Positions 1 through 7,813 of a stretch of 33,532 nt of DNA are shown here, in pieces; the stretch's first letter is position 1; each line of letters opens with the position of its first letter. This DNA comes from an uncultured Candidatus Marinamargulisbacteria bacterium. GTDB lineage: Bacteria; Margulisbacteria; Marinamargulisbacteria; GCA-2716485; CALLLO01. Location of the stretch: assembly GCA_938082985.1 (NCBI GenBank), contig CALLLO010000107.1, forward strand, positions 1-33,532. Direction: 5' to 3'. Made by a program: the position numbers and the translations under genes. The notes below the pieces were generated by a model. It was not told where the DNA came from. It saw only the letters and a program-made list of their open reading frames with translations, and ran no database searches.

Positions 1-480
1 TATGGAGTCAATGGCTATCGTTTGCTCTGTTTCAATTTCTAGTTTTTTGTTTAAAGTGTCTAGTTGTAGGGGTTTTTCTTCAGCAGAAAGCATTTTTGAT
101 TTTTGTTTGCTTGAGTGTCTTTGTAGTAGTGCTAGTGCTCGTGCCTTTAGTTCTTCTACATTAAATGGCTTGATGATGTAGTCGTCGGCGCCTTCTTCAA
201 ATCCTGTAATTTTGTTGTATTCATCTCCCAGTGCAGAAAGGATGATAATGGGGGTGTCTGATATTTCTGGAATATTCCTCACAGCGCGGCAGACTTCGAA
301 GCCGTTCATCTTTGGCATCACAACATCTGTCATGATTAAGTCTGGCTTGTGTTCTTTTGCTTTTTCTACTGCAATTTCTCCATTTTCGGCTGTAATGATT
401 TCGGCATTTAAATCTTTAAGAACTATCCCTAGTAACATTAAAATATTAGCTTCATCGTCTGCAATGAGTATTTTTTTCAT
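1..480 (-). CDS. CheY-like response regulator (receiver domain plus charged linker); the 3' part of the gene lies left of the window
   Basis: Not in the ORF track because it runs off the edge. Hand translation of the minus strand from ATG 480..478 stays open for all 160 codons to position 1: MKKILIADDEANILMLLGIVLKDLNAEIITAENGEIAVEKAKEHKPDLIMTDVVMPKMNGFEVCRAV...IIILSALGDEYNKITGFEEGADDYIIKPFNVEELKARALALL. Receiver signature residues are present: the DD pair, the acceptor Asp in LIMTD, S/T in ILSA and Lys in IKP. The ATG lies 1 nt after the stop (484..482) of the upstream KaiC-like gene. Confidence 0.85.
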   Translation of the reverse strand, partial: MKKILIADDEANILMLLGIVLKDLNAEIITAENGEIAVEKAKEHKPDLIMTDVVMPKMNGFEVCRAVRNIPEISDTPIIILSALGDEYNKITGFEEGADDYIIKPFNVEELKARALALLQRHSSKQKSKMLSAEEKPLQLDTLNKKLEIETEQTIAIDSI

Positions 481-481
481 G

Positions 482-1183
482 TTATATCGGTTGTCGTAAA
501 ACAACGCCTCTTTTTTCTAGGATTTCAAAACTATACTCTGTTAGGTCTATGCGTGTACCTCTCATTTTTCTTACACCAATTGTTCGAATCCTTTTGTTAT
601 TTAGTTTTACTAATTTTAAAACGATTATTCCTGATGCTGCGAATTCTTCAATGCCTATACTGCTTACTTTTTCGGAGCCCATTGGAACATATGAGGTTAG
701 TAGTGTTGTGCAGCCCGTATTGTTTTCAATCGAAAATATTAAATTGCGTATATATTCTACTACGTCGGGAAACGCGTCATCAGAGAAAATGAGCGGTGCT
801 ATTGGGTCAATAGCTAATCGTGTAGCTTTACTTGTTTCTACATATCCTATTATGTCGGTTACTATTTTTTTAACATCGAAGTTTTTGTTTTTAGCTGTTG
901 AAAAGTGTTTCGTTGCATCAATGATTTGTAGGCGGCCATCATTGAGGTAGGGCTGAATGTCCCATCCTAGAGCCTCTGCATCTAGTATTATATGCTCAGG
1001 TCTTTCGTCTATAGTGATATAGATTGCTTTTTCCCCTTGCCTTACTCCAGTTAGTAGGAATTGTAGGGAAAACATTGTTTTTCCAGTTCCAGGTTCTCCT
1101 GATACTAAGTAGGCTCTCCCTTTTGGTAATCCTCCGTATAAAAGTTTGTTAAAGCCCTCTATTCCTGTGTCTATTTTTTTCAT
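482..1183 (-). CDS. single-domain KaiC/RecA-superfamily ATPase (KaiC-like)
   Basis: The ORF is 482..1342, but the recognisable core starts at internal ATG 1183: MKKIDTGIEGFNKLLYGGLPKGRAYLVSGEPGTGKTMFSLQFLLTGVRQGEKAIYITIDERPEHII. It has Walker A GEPGTGKT and a Walker B-like ATRLAIDP. About 230 aa equals one KaiC/RecA domain. The 53 upstream codons are N/K-rich low complexity and would leave only 26 bp to the parA start, so 1183 is preferred. Confidence 0.75.
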   Translation of the reverse strand: MKKIDTGIEGFNKLLYGGLPKGRAYLVSGEPGTGKTMFSLQFLLTGVRQGEKAIYITIDERPEHIILDAEALGWDIQPYLNDGRLQIIDATKHFSTAKNKNFDVKKIVTDIIGYVETSKATRLAIDPIAPLIFSDDAFPDVVEYIRNLIFSIENNTGCTTLLTSYVPMGSEKVSSIGIEEFAASGIIVLKLVKLNNKRIRTIGVRKMRGTRIDLTEYSFEILEKRGVVLRQPI

Positions 1184-1314
1184 TGTATTATTAACTATAG
1201 GTGATGAAAGTCCTAAATTCAACTTGTGTGTCTTGGTTCTGTTTGGGTTGTGTATACTTCTCGGTTGATGATTCTGTTTTTTGTAATTATTTTCTTTAAC
1301 CTTCTTTGGAAAAT

Positions 1315-1323
1315 TGATATACT
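1315..1323 (+). promoter_or_regulatory. putative extended -10 promoter element (TGaTATACT) for parAB
   Basis: TGATATACT lies 46 nt upstream of the parA ATG. A GGAGAAGG ribosome-binding site sits just before the ATG. No convincing -35. Prediction by eye only. Confidence 0.25.
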
Positions 1324-1368
1324 CGTTTTCTATTTTAATCATTACCTAATAATCTTTTTGGAGAAGGT

Positions 1369-2139
1369 ATGTCTTATATTGCGAGTGTTATTTCTATCGT
1401 TAATCAAAAGGGCGGTGTTGGTAAAACAACGACTGCGGTTAACCTTTCGGCGTCTCTTGCCGAGGCTGGAAAAAAAGTTTTGCTGATTGATTTTGACCCA
1501 CAAGGGAATGCAACGTCGGGTATTGGTTTGAAGCCTGATTGTGTTGAGCATTGCATTTATCATTTTCTTTTGGACGCTAGTGCTGTTGAAAAGGTTTTGC
1601 ATCCTACTGTCTATGATAACCTTCATGTAATCCCAGCTTCTAGAGATTTAGCGGGAGCTGAGGTTGAGCTTGTAAGTATGGAAAACCGTGAGACTCGACT
1701 GAAAGTGGCGATTGATCCTTTGCGGAACTTTTATGATTTTATTATTATTGATTGTGCCCCTTCTTTGGGCTTGTTGACGATTAACGCTTTGGCGGCTTCT
1801 GATAAGTCTATTATTCCTGTTCAGTGTGAGTATTTTGCTCTCGAGGGTATTGCCGGGCTTGTTCAAACACTTACCCAGGTTAAGGATCATTTGAATCCTA
1901 ATCTTGAAATTGTGGGCATCGTCTTGACGATGTATGACCGCAGGACCTCTTTAAATAAGCAGGTGGTTGATAATACACGTCGGTTTTTTCGTGATTTAGT
2001 TTTTGATACGGTTGTCCCTCGTAATATACGTTTAACTGAAGCGCCTAGTCATGGTATTCCTATTTCTCTCTATGATGGGAGTTCTGCTGGAGCAATCGCC
2101 TATAAAAGTTTAGCTGAAGAGGTTATTTGTCGTGTCTAA
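1369..2139 (+). CDS. parA: chromosome partitioning ATPase ParA/Soj
   Basis: 256 aa. Deviant Walker A in ISIVNQKGGVGKTTTAVNLSASLAEAGKKVLLIDFDPQGNATSG, plus IIIDCAPSLG. GGAGAAGG RBS. Overlaps the parB start by 8 nt. Confidence 0.95.
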   Translation: MSYIASVISIVNQKGGVGKTTTAVNLSASLAEAGKKVLLIDFDPQGNATSGIGLKPDCVEHCIYHFLLDASAVEKVLHPTVYDNLHVIPASRDLAGAEVELVSMENRETRLKVAIDPLRNFYDFIIIDCAPSLGLLTINALAASDKSIIPVQCEYFALEGIAGLVQTLTQVKDHLNPNLEIVGIVLTMYDRRTSLNKQVVDNTRRFFRDLVFDTVVPRNIRLTEAPSHGIPISLYDGSSAGAIAYKSLAEEVICRV

Positions 2140-2989
2140 GCTTAATTCTCCAAGACTAGGGAGGGGCTTGGAGTCGTTGATTCCCAAATCCTATGTTGCA
2201 TCAGGAAAAACTGTCACTAATGTGTTGATGGCTGATGTTGTTGCAAATGAATATCAACCTCGATTGCAGTTTGATGTCGATGCTTTGCGGGCGTTGTGTG
2301 AGTCTATTAAAACCCATGGATTGGTTCAGCCTGTTATGGTTAGGCGTAAGGGGCTAGGGTATGAATTAATTGCAGGAGAGAGGCGTTTTAGAGCTTGTCA
2401 GATGGTGGGGATGTCGAGTATTCCAGCTATTGTAAAGGATTTGTCTGATAGGGAGTCTTTGCAGCTGGCTTTGGTGGAAAACTTAGATAGAGAAGATTTG
2501 AACGTTATTGAAGAGGCGAAGGGGTTTAAGCGTTTGATTGATGAGTTTGATATGACGCATCAGCAGGTTGCGGATTTGTTTTCTAGGAGTCGCTCTGCCG
2601 TTTCTAATCTTTTGAGGTTGCTTAAGTTGCCTGTGTCTATTCAGGCTATGGTTATGTCTGGTGATATTTCGGGCGGGCATGCTCGGGCGCTTCTTTCTCT
2701 TGATTCCGAAGAAGAAATGTTGGCTTATATTAAAAAAATTCAGAATAATGATTTGACTGTTAGGGATGTTGAGGCCTCGGTGTTTGGCCGTGATGTTTCA
2801 CGTGAAACACGGTCGTCTGTAGGGACGGCAGGGCATTTTAAGCAGCTAGCTAAAGACTTGTCTGGAAAGCTTGGTGTAAAGGTTTTGTTAAAAGGTTCTG
2901 AGGATAAGGGTAAATTTACAGTAGCCTTTAGGTCTCGGGGTGAGTACGATGCGTTGTTGGCACTTCTGAATGTTAGTTTGGACGTTTAG
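2132..2989 (+). CDS. parB: chromosome partitioning protein ParB/Spo0J
   Basis: 285 aa with a GTG start. N-terminal LGRGLESLIP, the ParB box YELIAGERRFRACQMVGMSSIPAIV, and HTH region QQVADLFSRSRSAVSNLLRLLKLP. Carries an internal parS. Confidence 0.95.
   Translation: MSKLNSPRLGRGLESLIPKSYVASGKTVTNVLMADVVANEYQPRLQFDVDALRALCESIKTHGLVQPVMVRRKGLGYELIAGERRFRACQMVGMSSIPAIVKDLSDRESLQLALVENLDREDLNVIEEAKGFKRLIDEFDMTHQQVADLFSRSRSAVSNLLRLLKLPVSIQAMVMSGDISGGHARALLSLDSEEEMLAYIKKIQNNDLTVRDVEASVFGRDVSRETRSSVGTAGHFKQLAKDLSGKLGVKVLLKGSEDKGKFTVAFRSRGEYDALLALLNVSLDV
2794..2809. promoter_or_regulatory. parS: parS centromere-like site, perfect 16-bp palindrome TGTTTCACGTGAAACA
   Basis: Exact match to the conserved chromosomal parS consensus TGTTNCACGTGAAACA. 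Lies inside the 3' part of parB. Confidence 0.8.
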
Positions 2990-2994
2990 TTTTT

Positions 2995-3540
2995 CTAAAA
3001 AGTTTTTATTTGGTAGTAACTGTTTAGTTTTTTGTTTATTACGAAGGCGACTTTATTTTCCCATTCGGGGGTATTTTTTTCTTTTTGATTGGCGCTAATG
3101 GGTACTATTAGTCGAGTGCCCATTTTTTTTATTCTTAGTGTTAGCTTGTAGCATTTTTCATAAGCTCCAAATGCCTTTGCTGTAACTACATCTGCTTTTG
3201 GTTTTTCTTTGTGTATGTATTCGTTTATGTTTTCAGTTATGACGGTGTAGTTTTTTAAGTCTAATTTTTCTTTGCAGTCACTTAAAAATTTTGTTTTTCT
3301 TGATTTTGATTCTACGGCTATTACTTTGTTGTTTGGGTTTTCTATCGCTATTATGATGCTGGGGAGTCCTGATCCTGACCCTATGTCTATAATGGTTTGC
3401 TTTGTGTTTTTGATTATTTTGGCTATTTCTTGACTGTCTTCTATGTGGAAGTTTAGTTTGTCGTAGGCATTTTTTGAGTATATGTTTGTATGCTCGTTGT
3501 ATTCTTTTAAGAGTTTTATGTATTTTTCTATTTTATTCAT
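2995..3540 (-). CDS. rsmG: 16S rRNA (guanine527-N7)-methyltransferase RsmG (GidB)
   Basis: 181 aa. SAM-binding IIDIGSGSGLPSIIIAI...VIAVESKSRKTKFL. Sits downstream of mnmG in the classic gidA-gidB arrangement. Convergent with parB, with stop codons 5 nt apart. Confidence 0.9.
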   Translation of the reverse strand: MNKIEKYIKLLKEYNEHTNIYSKNAYDKLNFHIEDSQEIAKIIKNTKQTIIDIGSGSGLPSIIIAIENPNNKVIAVESKSRKTKFLSDCKEKLDLKNYTVITENINEYIHKEKPKADVVTAKAFGAYEKCYKLTLRIKKMGTRLIVPISANQKEKNTPEWENKVAFVINKKLNSYYQIKTF

Positions 3541-3652
3541 AGTGAGATTTTTTCATTATTTGTTTTTTATTGCAATGTTTCGCATTAGAGCGTCTCGGGG
3601 GTCTTGGTATGCGTTGATGTTCTCTAGGTCGTGTTTTTTTTATTTATTGCAT

Positions 3653-3668
3653 TGTTTCACGTAAAACA
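3653..3668. promoter_or_regulatory. parS-like site with one mismatch (TGTTTCACGTAAAACA)
   Basis: 15/16 identity to the two perfect sites. Lies in the mnmG-rsmG intergenic spacer. Confidence 0.5.
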
Positions 3669-3698
3669 GGGCTCGTTTGACGGCTGCTATCGAGAGCC

Positions 3699-5594
3699 TC
3701 AGGATACTTGGTATTGAGGTGGTTTTGGGTGTGTTTGGTGGGTGGGTGGCTTGGGTTCTCGAAGTCGTATCTTTTTTTCAAATATACCTATTAGAATCAT
3801 AAGGTCGGCTGGGTTTATTCCTGCTATTCGTTGTGCTTCGTAGATGTTTTTAGGTTTGTATTTACTTAGTTTTTCTTGGCTTTCTTTTTTTAATCCGTGG
3901 ATCTCGTAGTAGTCGATATTTTTTAGCGGTTTTGATTCAAACTTTTTCACTTTTTCTATGTCTAGTTGTTGTTTTTCTATGTAACCTTCGTATTTTATTT
4001 CTACTAATGCGCGTTCAGCATTTTCTTTTGTTTCACGTGAAACAAGGCCTTCTTCTAGTAGGTGCGTGATGAAAAATTCAGGCCTTTTTGCGAGCGTTCC
4101 TATAGGTACTTTTTGTTTTAGTTTGAAGAGCTTAATGAAAGCCTCGGGGGTAGATGTCTTTTTCCATGATTTTTTAAAGCCGTCTACTTGAGACTTTTGG
4201 TGTCGAATGTGAGTGATGTAATTATCACCTAAAAGGCCTGTTTTATAGGCGCGCTCACTTAATCGAAAGATGGCATTGTCTTGCCTTAAAAGGAGTCTAT
4301 ATTCTGAGCGGGATGTAAGCATGCGGTAGGGCTCATAGATATTTTTTGTGATGAGGTCGTCGATTAAGGTTCCAATGAAGGATTCTTCTCTTTTTAGGAT
4401 AAAGGCAGGGCGGTTTTGGGCGTGTAAACCTGCGTTGATACCCGCGACAAGCCCCTGTCCTGCAGCTTCTTCATATCCGGAGGTTCCGTTTATTTGCCCG
4501 GCTAAAAATAGACCTTGGATAGCTTTTGTTTCTAGGCTGGGTTTGAGTTGGTCTGGGTATACGAAGTCATATTCTACTGCGTAGCCCCATTTTAAGATGC
4601 GAGCATCCTCCAGGCCAGGCATGCTTTTTAGAAAGGCTTCTTGGATGTCTGAGGGAAGGGATGTGTTTAGGCCTTGTGGATAGATAGATGTGAAGTTTTT
4701 GTCTTCAGGCTCTATGAAGATATGGTGGCTGTCTTTGTCTTTAAATCTCATGACTTTATCTTCAATTGAGGGGCAGTATCGTGGCCCTGAACCTTTAATG
4801 ATTCCGGAATAGAGAGGCGATCGCTCTAGGTTCGATAGAATGATGTTGTGTGTTTCTGTTGTTGTTCTGGTGAGGTGGCACGGGAGTTGGTTTTTATAGT
4901 GTGTATTGTAGTTTGTTTTAAATGAGAAATGTAGGAATTCATTATCTCCGGGCTGAAGCGTCATTTTTGTGTAGTCTATGGTGCTGTGCTCGAGGCGGGG
5001 TGGGGTGCCTGTTTTTAGTCGGCCTAGTCGGAAGTGTTTTCGTAGGCTTTGGGATAGGGATTCTGCGGGAGCTTCATCTACTCTTCCCCCCGGTGATTGG
5101 TCTAGTCCTGTGTGCATAATTCCGTTTAGGAAAGTTCCTGTTGTGATAACGACAGATTTTGAAGCTATATCTTTGCCGCTTTTTGTTTGGATCCCAATGA
5201 CTGTTTCACCCTCAAAGAGGAGCCCATATACTTCTTCTGAACATAATGTGATATTGGGGTCTTCGCTGATGCGTGTTTGCATGTGGGTTTTGTAGTCGTA
5301 TTTGTCGTTTTGTGAACGTAAACATTGAACGGCTGGGCCTCTAGATCTATTGAGTATTTTTATTTGTATGCTTGTGAGATCTGCGGCTCGGCCCATTTCG
5401 CCACCTAAGGCGTCGATTTCTGCTACGATTTGTCCTTTTGCAGGCCCGCCGATGGAGGGGTTGCAAGGCATCCAGCCGATTTTATCGGGGTCTATTGTGC
5501 AAAGCGTTACTTTACAGCCTAACCTAGATGCTGCCAGCGACGCTTCTACCCCTGCGTGGCCTCCTCCGATGATGATGACGTCTGTATGTATCAT
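3699..5594 (-). CDS. mnmG: tRNA uridine-5-carboxymethylaminomethyl modification enzyme MnmG (GidA)
   Basis: 631 aa. FAD fold VIIIGGGHAGVEASLAASRLG, then GPRYCPSIEDK and AGQINGTSGYEEAAGQGLVAGINA. Has a short Pro-rich C-terminal tail. Confidence 0.97.
   Translation of the reverse strand: MIHTDVIIIGGGHAGVEASLAASRLGCKVTLCTIDPDKIGWMPCNPSIGGPAKGQIVAEIDALGGEMGRAADLTSIQIKILNRSRGPAVQCLRSQNDKYDYKTHMQTRISEDPNITLCSEEVYGLLFEGETVIGIQTKSGKDIASKSVVITTGTFLNGIMHTGLDQSPGGRVDEAPAESLSQSLRKHFRLGRLKTGTPPRLEHSTIDYTKMTLQPGDNEFLHFSFKTNYNTHYKNQLPCHLTRTTTETHNIILSNLERSPLYSGIIKGSGPRYCPSIEDKVMRFKDKDSHHIFIEPEDKNFTSIYPQGLNTSLPSDIQEAFLKSMPGLEDARILKWGYAVEYDFVYPDQLKPSLETKAIQGLFLAGQINGTSGYEEAAGQGLVAGINAGLHAQNRPAFILKREESFIGTLIDDLITKNIYEPYRMLTSRSEYRLLLRQDNAIFRLSERAYKTGLLGDNYITHIRHQKSQVDGFKKSWKKTSTPEAFIKLFKLKQKVPIGTLAKRPEFFITHLLEEGLVSRETKENAERALVEIKYEGYIEKQQLDIEKVKKFESKPLKNIDYYEIHGLKKESQEKLSKYKPKNIYEAQRIAGINPADLMILIGIFEKKIRLREPKPPTHQTHPKPPQYQVS
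4029..4044. promoter_or_regulatory. parS: parS centromere-like site, perfect 16-bp palindrome TGTTTCACGTGAAACA
   Basis: Identical to the site at 2794..2809. Lies inside the 3' third of mnmG. Confidence 0.8.
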
Positions 5595-5697
5595 AATGTG
5601 TGATTGTAGGGTGCTGCTGGTGCTTAGGCAAGTGTTTGTGTTTTGGGGGTGATCAATCTATGGCCCAGAGCATCGTGCTTGACGCTCTGGGTGTGTT

Positions 5698-6906
5698 CTA
5701 GATGTTAAGGTTTGGAAATAGGGAGTCTAAGTTAAATCTTACTCCCATAGAATACGTTTCTGTAAACTTATCATTTTCGTAATAGTCACGTTTGATGTGA
5801 ATGACATAGTCCCATGCCTTTGCCGTGCGGTACAAAATATCCATTTCTAGTGTTTTGTCGTCATTTCCTTGGTAGGGCACGGTGTAGTTGATAACCCCGA
5901 CTGTGTCTCCAATGCGCTTCCATCCTAAGGATGCTGTTGTAAGGTTTTTGTCTTCATACTTTTCGTACATAGCCCCAATTTTGAAGTGTCCATTCATGAA
6001 GCTAGACGCTGCTGATACTAAGAATCCGTTGACTGAATCAGTGCCTGTATCTGCGAAGTCAAACGATGTACTTTCATATCCTTTGTTGAAATAGCCTGGT
6101 ACGAACCCAGCGCCTAACAGTCTGTACTCAGCTCTGTAGTCGAGTTGGTTGAAAAATGTTCCTCTGATACCAGCAGACCCACCTGTTTTGACAGTGTTAA
6201 AGTCGTCGCCATCTAGTTGCGCGGCTTCTGTGTAGAGCGTTAGGAAATCTCCAGCTACAGGGGCCGAGATGTCGATAGCCGTTCCTTGAATTTCAGGTCT
6301 TGTGATTGTATTACCTAAGAATTCTTCGTCGATACCGTCTGTGTCAGAAATATGTGTAAGTCCAACAATGATAGGGCTTCCAAAAATGGGGCTTGTATCA
6401 AGCGCTTGATAGGCGATGCGACCACCCCGGATTCCGCTGCCGGTTTGAAGTCCTTCGAGTTTTACTTTTTTGATTGTTCCATATGCGTGAAGTCCTGCTT
6501 TTTCTGTTGTCATGACAGTTGTGCCAAAGTTTCCAGAATCGTAGTTGTCCATTAAGAGACCTTGGCCCATAGTGAGGTGTTTGAGTCGTCCCCATTTGAA
6601 TCCATGTCTTTTTTTATAGTCGTAGCCGATGTGTCTAAGAGTCACCCACTGTAGGCCGTGGTCGGAGGCTACGTTTGAAGGTGTATAAAGGTTAATATCT
6701 AGGCCAATATCGATAGGTCCGAGTTTAAGATCAGGGCTTATCCCTACTTTTAGTAGTGTGTCGTTACCTACTTGTACTAAAGATAGTCCACCTGTAGTGC
6801 TGTCTCCTTCAAAATCCTCCAAATCATAGTGGACGGCTGCTTGAATGGGTAAGCTCATGCAAAGCCATATACTCAATAATGCGCTTAATAAGTGTTTTGT
6901 TTTCAC
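5698..6906 (-). CDS. secreted protein, probable outer-membrane beta-barrel; family not recognised
   Basis: 402 aa. GTG start preceded by AAGGAG with a 6-nt spacer. Signal peptide MKTKHLLSALLSIWLCMSLPIQA/AV. The mature part is rich in G/Y/D/T/N with alternating hydrophobic residues (e.g. YRAEYRLLGAGFVPGYFNKGY, YSMGVRFNL), typical of beta-barrel strands. Confidence 0.6.
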   Translation of the reverse strand: MKTKHLLSALLSIWLCMSLPIQAAVHYDLEDFEGDSTTGGLSLVQVGNDTLLKVGISPDLKLGPIDIGLDINLYTPSNVASDHGLQWVTLRHIGYDYKKRHGFKWGRLKHLTMGQGLLMDNYDSGNFGTTVMTTEKAGLHAYGTIKKVKLEGLQTGSGIRGGRIAYQALDTSPIFGSPIIVGLTHISDTDGIDEEFLGNTITRPEIQGTAIDISAPVAGDFLTLYTEAAQLDGDDFNTVKTGGSAGIRGTFFNQLDYRAEYRLLGAGFVPGYFNKGYESTSFDFADTGTDSVNGFLVSAASSFMNGHFKIGAMYEKYEDKNLTTASLGWKRIGDTVGVINYTVPYQGNDDKTLEMDILYRTAKAWDYVIHIKRDYYENDKFTETYSMGVRFNLDSLFPNLNI

Positions 6907-7111
6907 GTTATACTCCTTGGTGTTTTTTTATAAGGATAAAGTATCGTGAAGGGGAATGCTAGTTGTATATCTTAAGTTCCTTTTTTTTGTTTTTTTTAAT
7001 GCCTAATTATGTCTAATTTGAATGTGGGTTAAAAATAAAGTGAAATTTTTTTAAAAAACACACGATAACTATATATCTACTAATTTTAAGAGACGATATT
7101 TGGAGGAAATT

Positions 7112-7726
7112 ATGAGTTTACATACAGCTTACTCGGGGGAAGGTTTTCGTGGAGGGGCTCATTATCGTCGATTAAATGAGAAAGGTCTGAGGGGTGTCAA
7201 TGCTTTGCAATTAGAGTCACCTGTTCAGCCGGAGGGAGATTTAAAGGAAAAGGCCTTTGATTCTTCTGTGTGTACTGACGCCCCCTTTCGTACGCCAGTT
7301 GCATCAGGGCAAGTATTAAGAGAATATGGGGAGCTTCCTTCTATTATAAAAAAGGGTAGAGAAGGTTTTTGTGCGCCACTTACTCCTATGAAATTTTCCG
7401 GTGTAAATTTGGATAGATCTCTTGCTCTTGCAGCAAAAGAAGGGCTTGAAGAAGCTTATAGTATTGTGGAGATGGACGGTGCTCTTGATAAGAATCAGGA
7501 GTTGTGTGGTCTTTGCAAGGGGTTGTTTTTTTGTGGTTTGGTCAATGAAGCTGTTGAAGTTACCGGTCTAATTTCTAATGATGTCCTGAAAAATATATTG
7601 TTTTCACGTTTCAGTTTGGCTTTGGCCAAGAAGAAGGATTTTGCTAGTGCAAACGATATTGCTAGTCGCATTTCTAATGGGATTCAGAAGAGTGAGGCTA
7701 TTCAAAACATTAGTTTCTATTTATAA
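7112..7726 (+). CDS. hypothetical protein, no recognisable family
   Basis: The ORF track starts at TTG 7100. ATG 7112 is preferred because GGAGGA lies 4 nt upstream. About 204 aa, beginning MSLHTAYSGEGFRGGAHYRRL, with a helical-looking C-terminal half. Convergent with fliJ. Confidence 0.55.
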   Translation: MSLHTAYSGEGFRGGAHYRRLNEKGLRGVNALQLESPVQPEGDLKEKAFDSSVCTDAPFRTPVASGQVLREYGELPSIIKKGREGFCAPLTPMKFSGVNLDRSLALAAKEGLEEAYSIVEMDGALDKNQELCGLCKGLFFCGLVNEAVEVTGLISNDVLKNILFSRFSLALAKKKDFASANDIASRISNGIQKSEAIQNISFYL

Positions 7727-7813
7727 GTATTACATAACAAATGGATGGCAAAATGATGGCGGGTTTATACGCTCATACTGAGTTTAAAAAACTTTAAAAT
7801 TTGTATTTTAGGT

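Noticed and set aside
549-950. ORF-track entries lying antisense to, or nested out of frame within, strong genes. This one, and also 212..499, 1342..1626, 4978..5295, 5350..5652, 8158..8493, 11633..11992, 15591..15884, 16515..16808, 18295..18591, 19128..19463, 19567..19899, 21631..21903, 23493..23750, 24881..25228, 27320..27646, 31030..31266 and 32011..32346.
   Set aside because: Each overlaps a CDS with clear family motifs, on the opposite strand or in another frame of the same strand. Each also has a biased, low-complexity translation (Leu/Phe/Ser/Cys/Arg-rich) and lacks an RBS. They are shadow ORFs.
1184-1342. 53-codon N-terminal extension of the KaiC-like ORF.
   Set aside because: It is low-complexity N/K-rich sequence with no resemblance to the family. 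Using it would leave 26 bp between divergent start codons, with no room for promoters. The internal ATG 1183 begins exactly where family similarity starts. It is retained only as an alternative start.
5663-5692. GC-rich stem-loop (CCCAGAGC, 12-nt loop, GCTCTGGG) between the outer-membrane protein gene and mnmG, considered as an intrinsic terminator.
   Set aside because: On the transcribed (minus) strand the hairpin is followed by CATAGATTGATC, not a U-tract. It is therefore not a canonical rho-independent terminator. It may still be a processing or stabilising hairpin, but I cannot support that from sequence.
6907-7111. AT-rich 205-bp intergenic region considered as a possible oriC.
   Set aside because: I found no cluster of DnaA boxes (TTATCCACA-like). 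The best match is a single 7/9 (TGTGGGTTA). The region is adequately explained as a divergent promoter region for the flanking genes. dnaA is not nearby.
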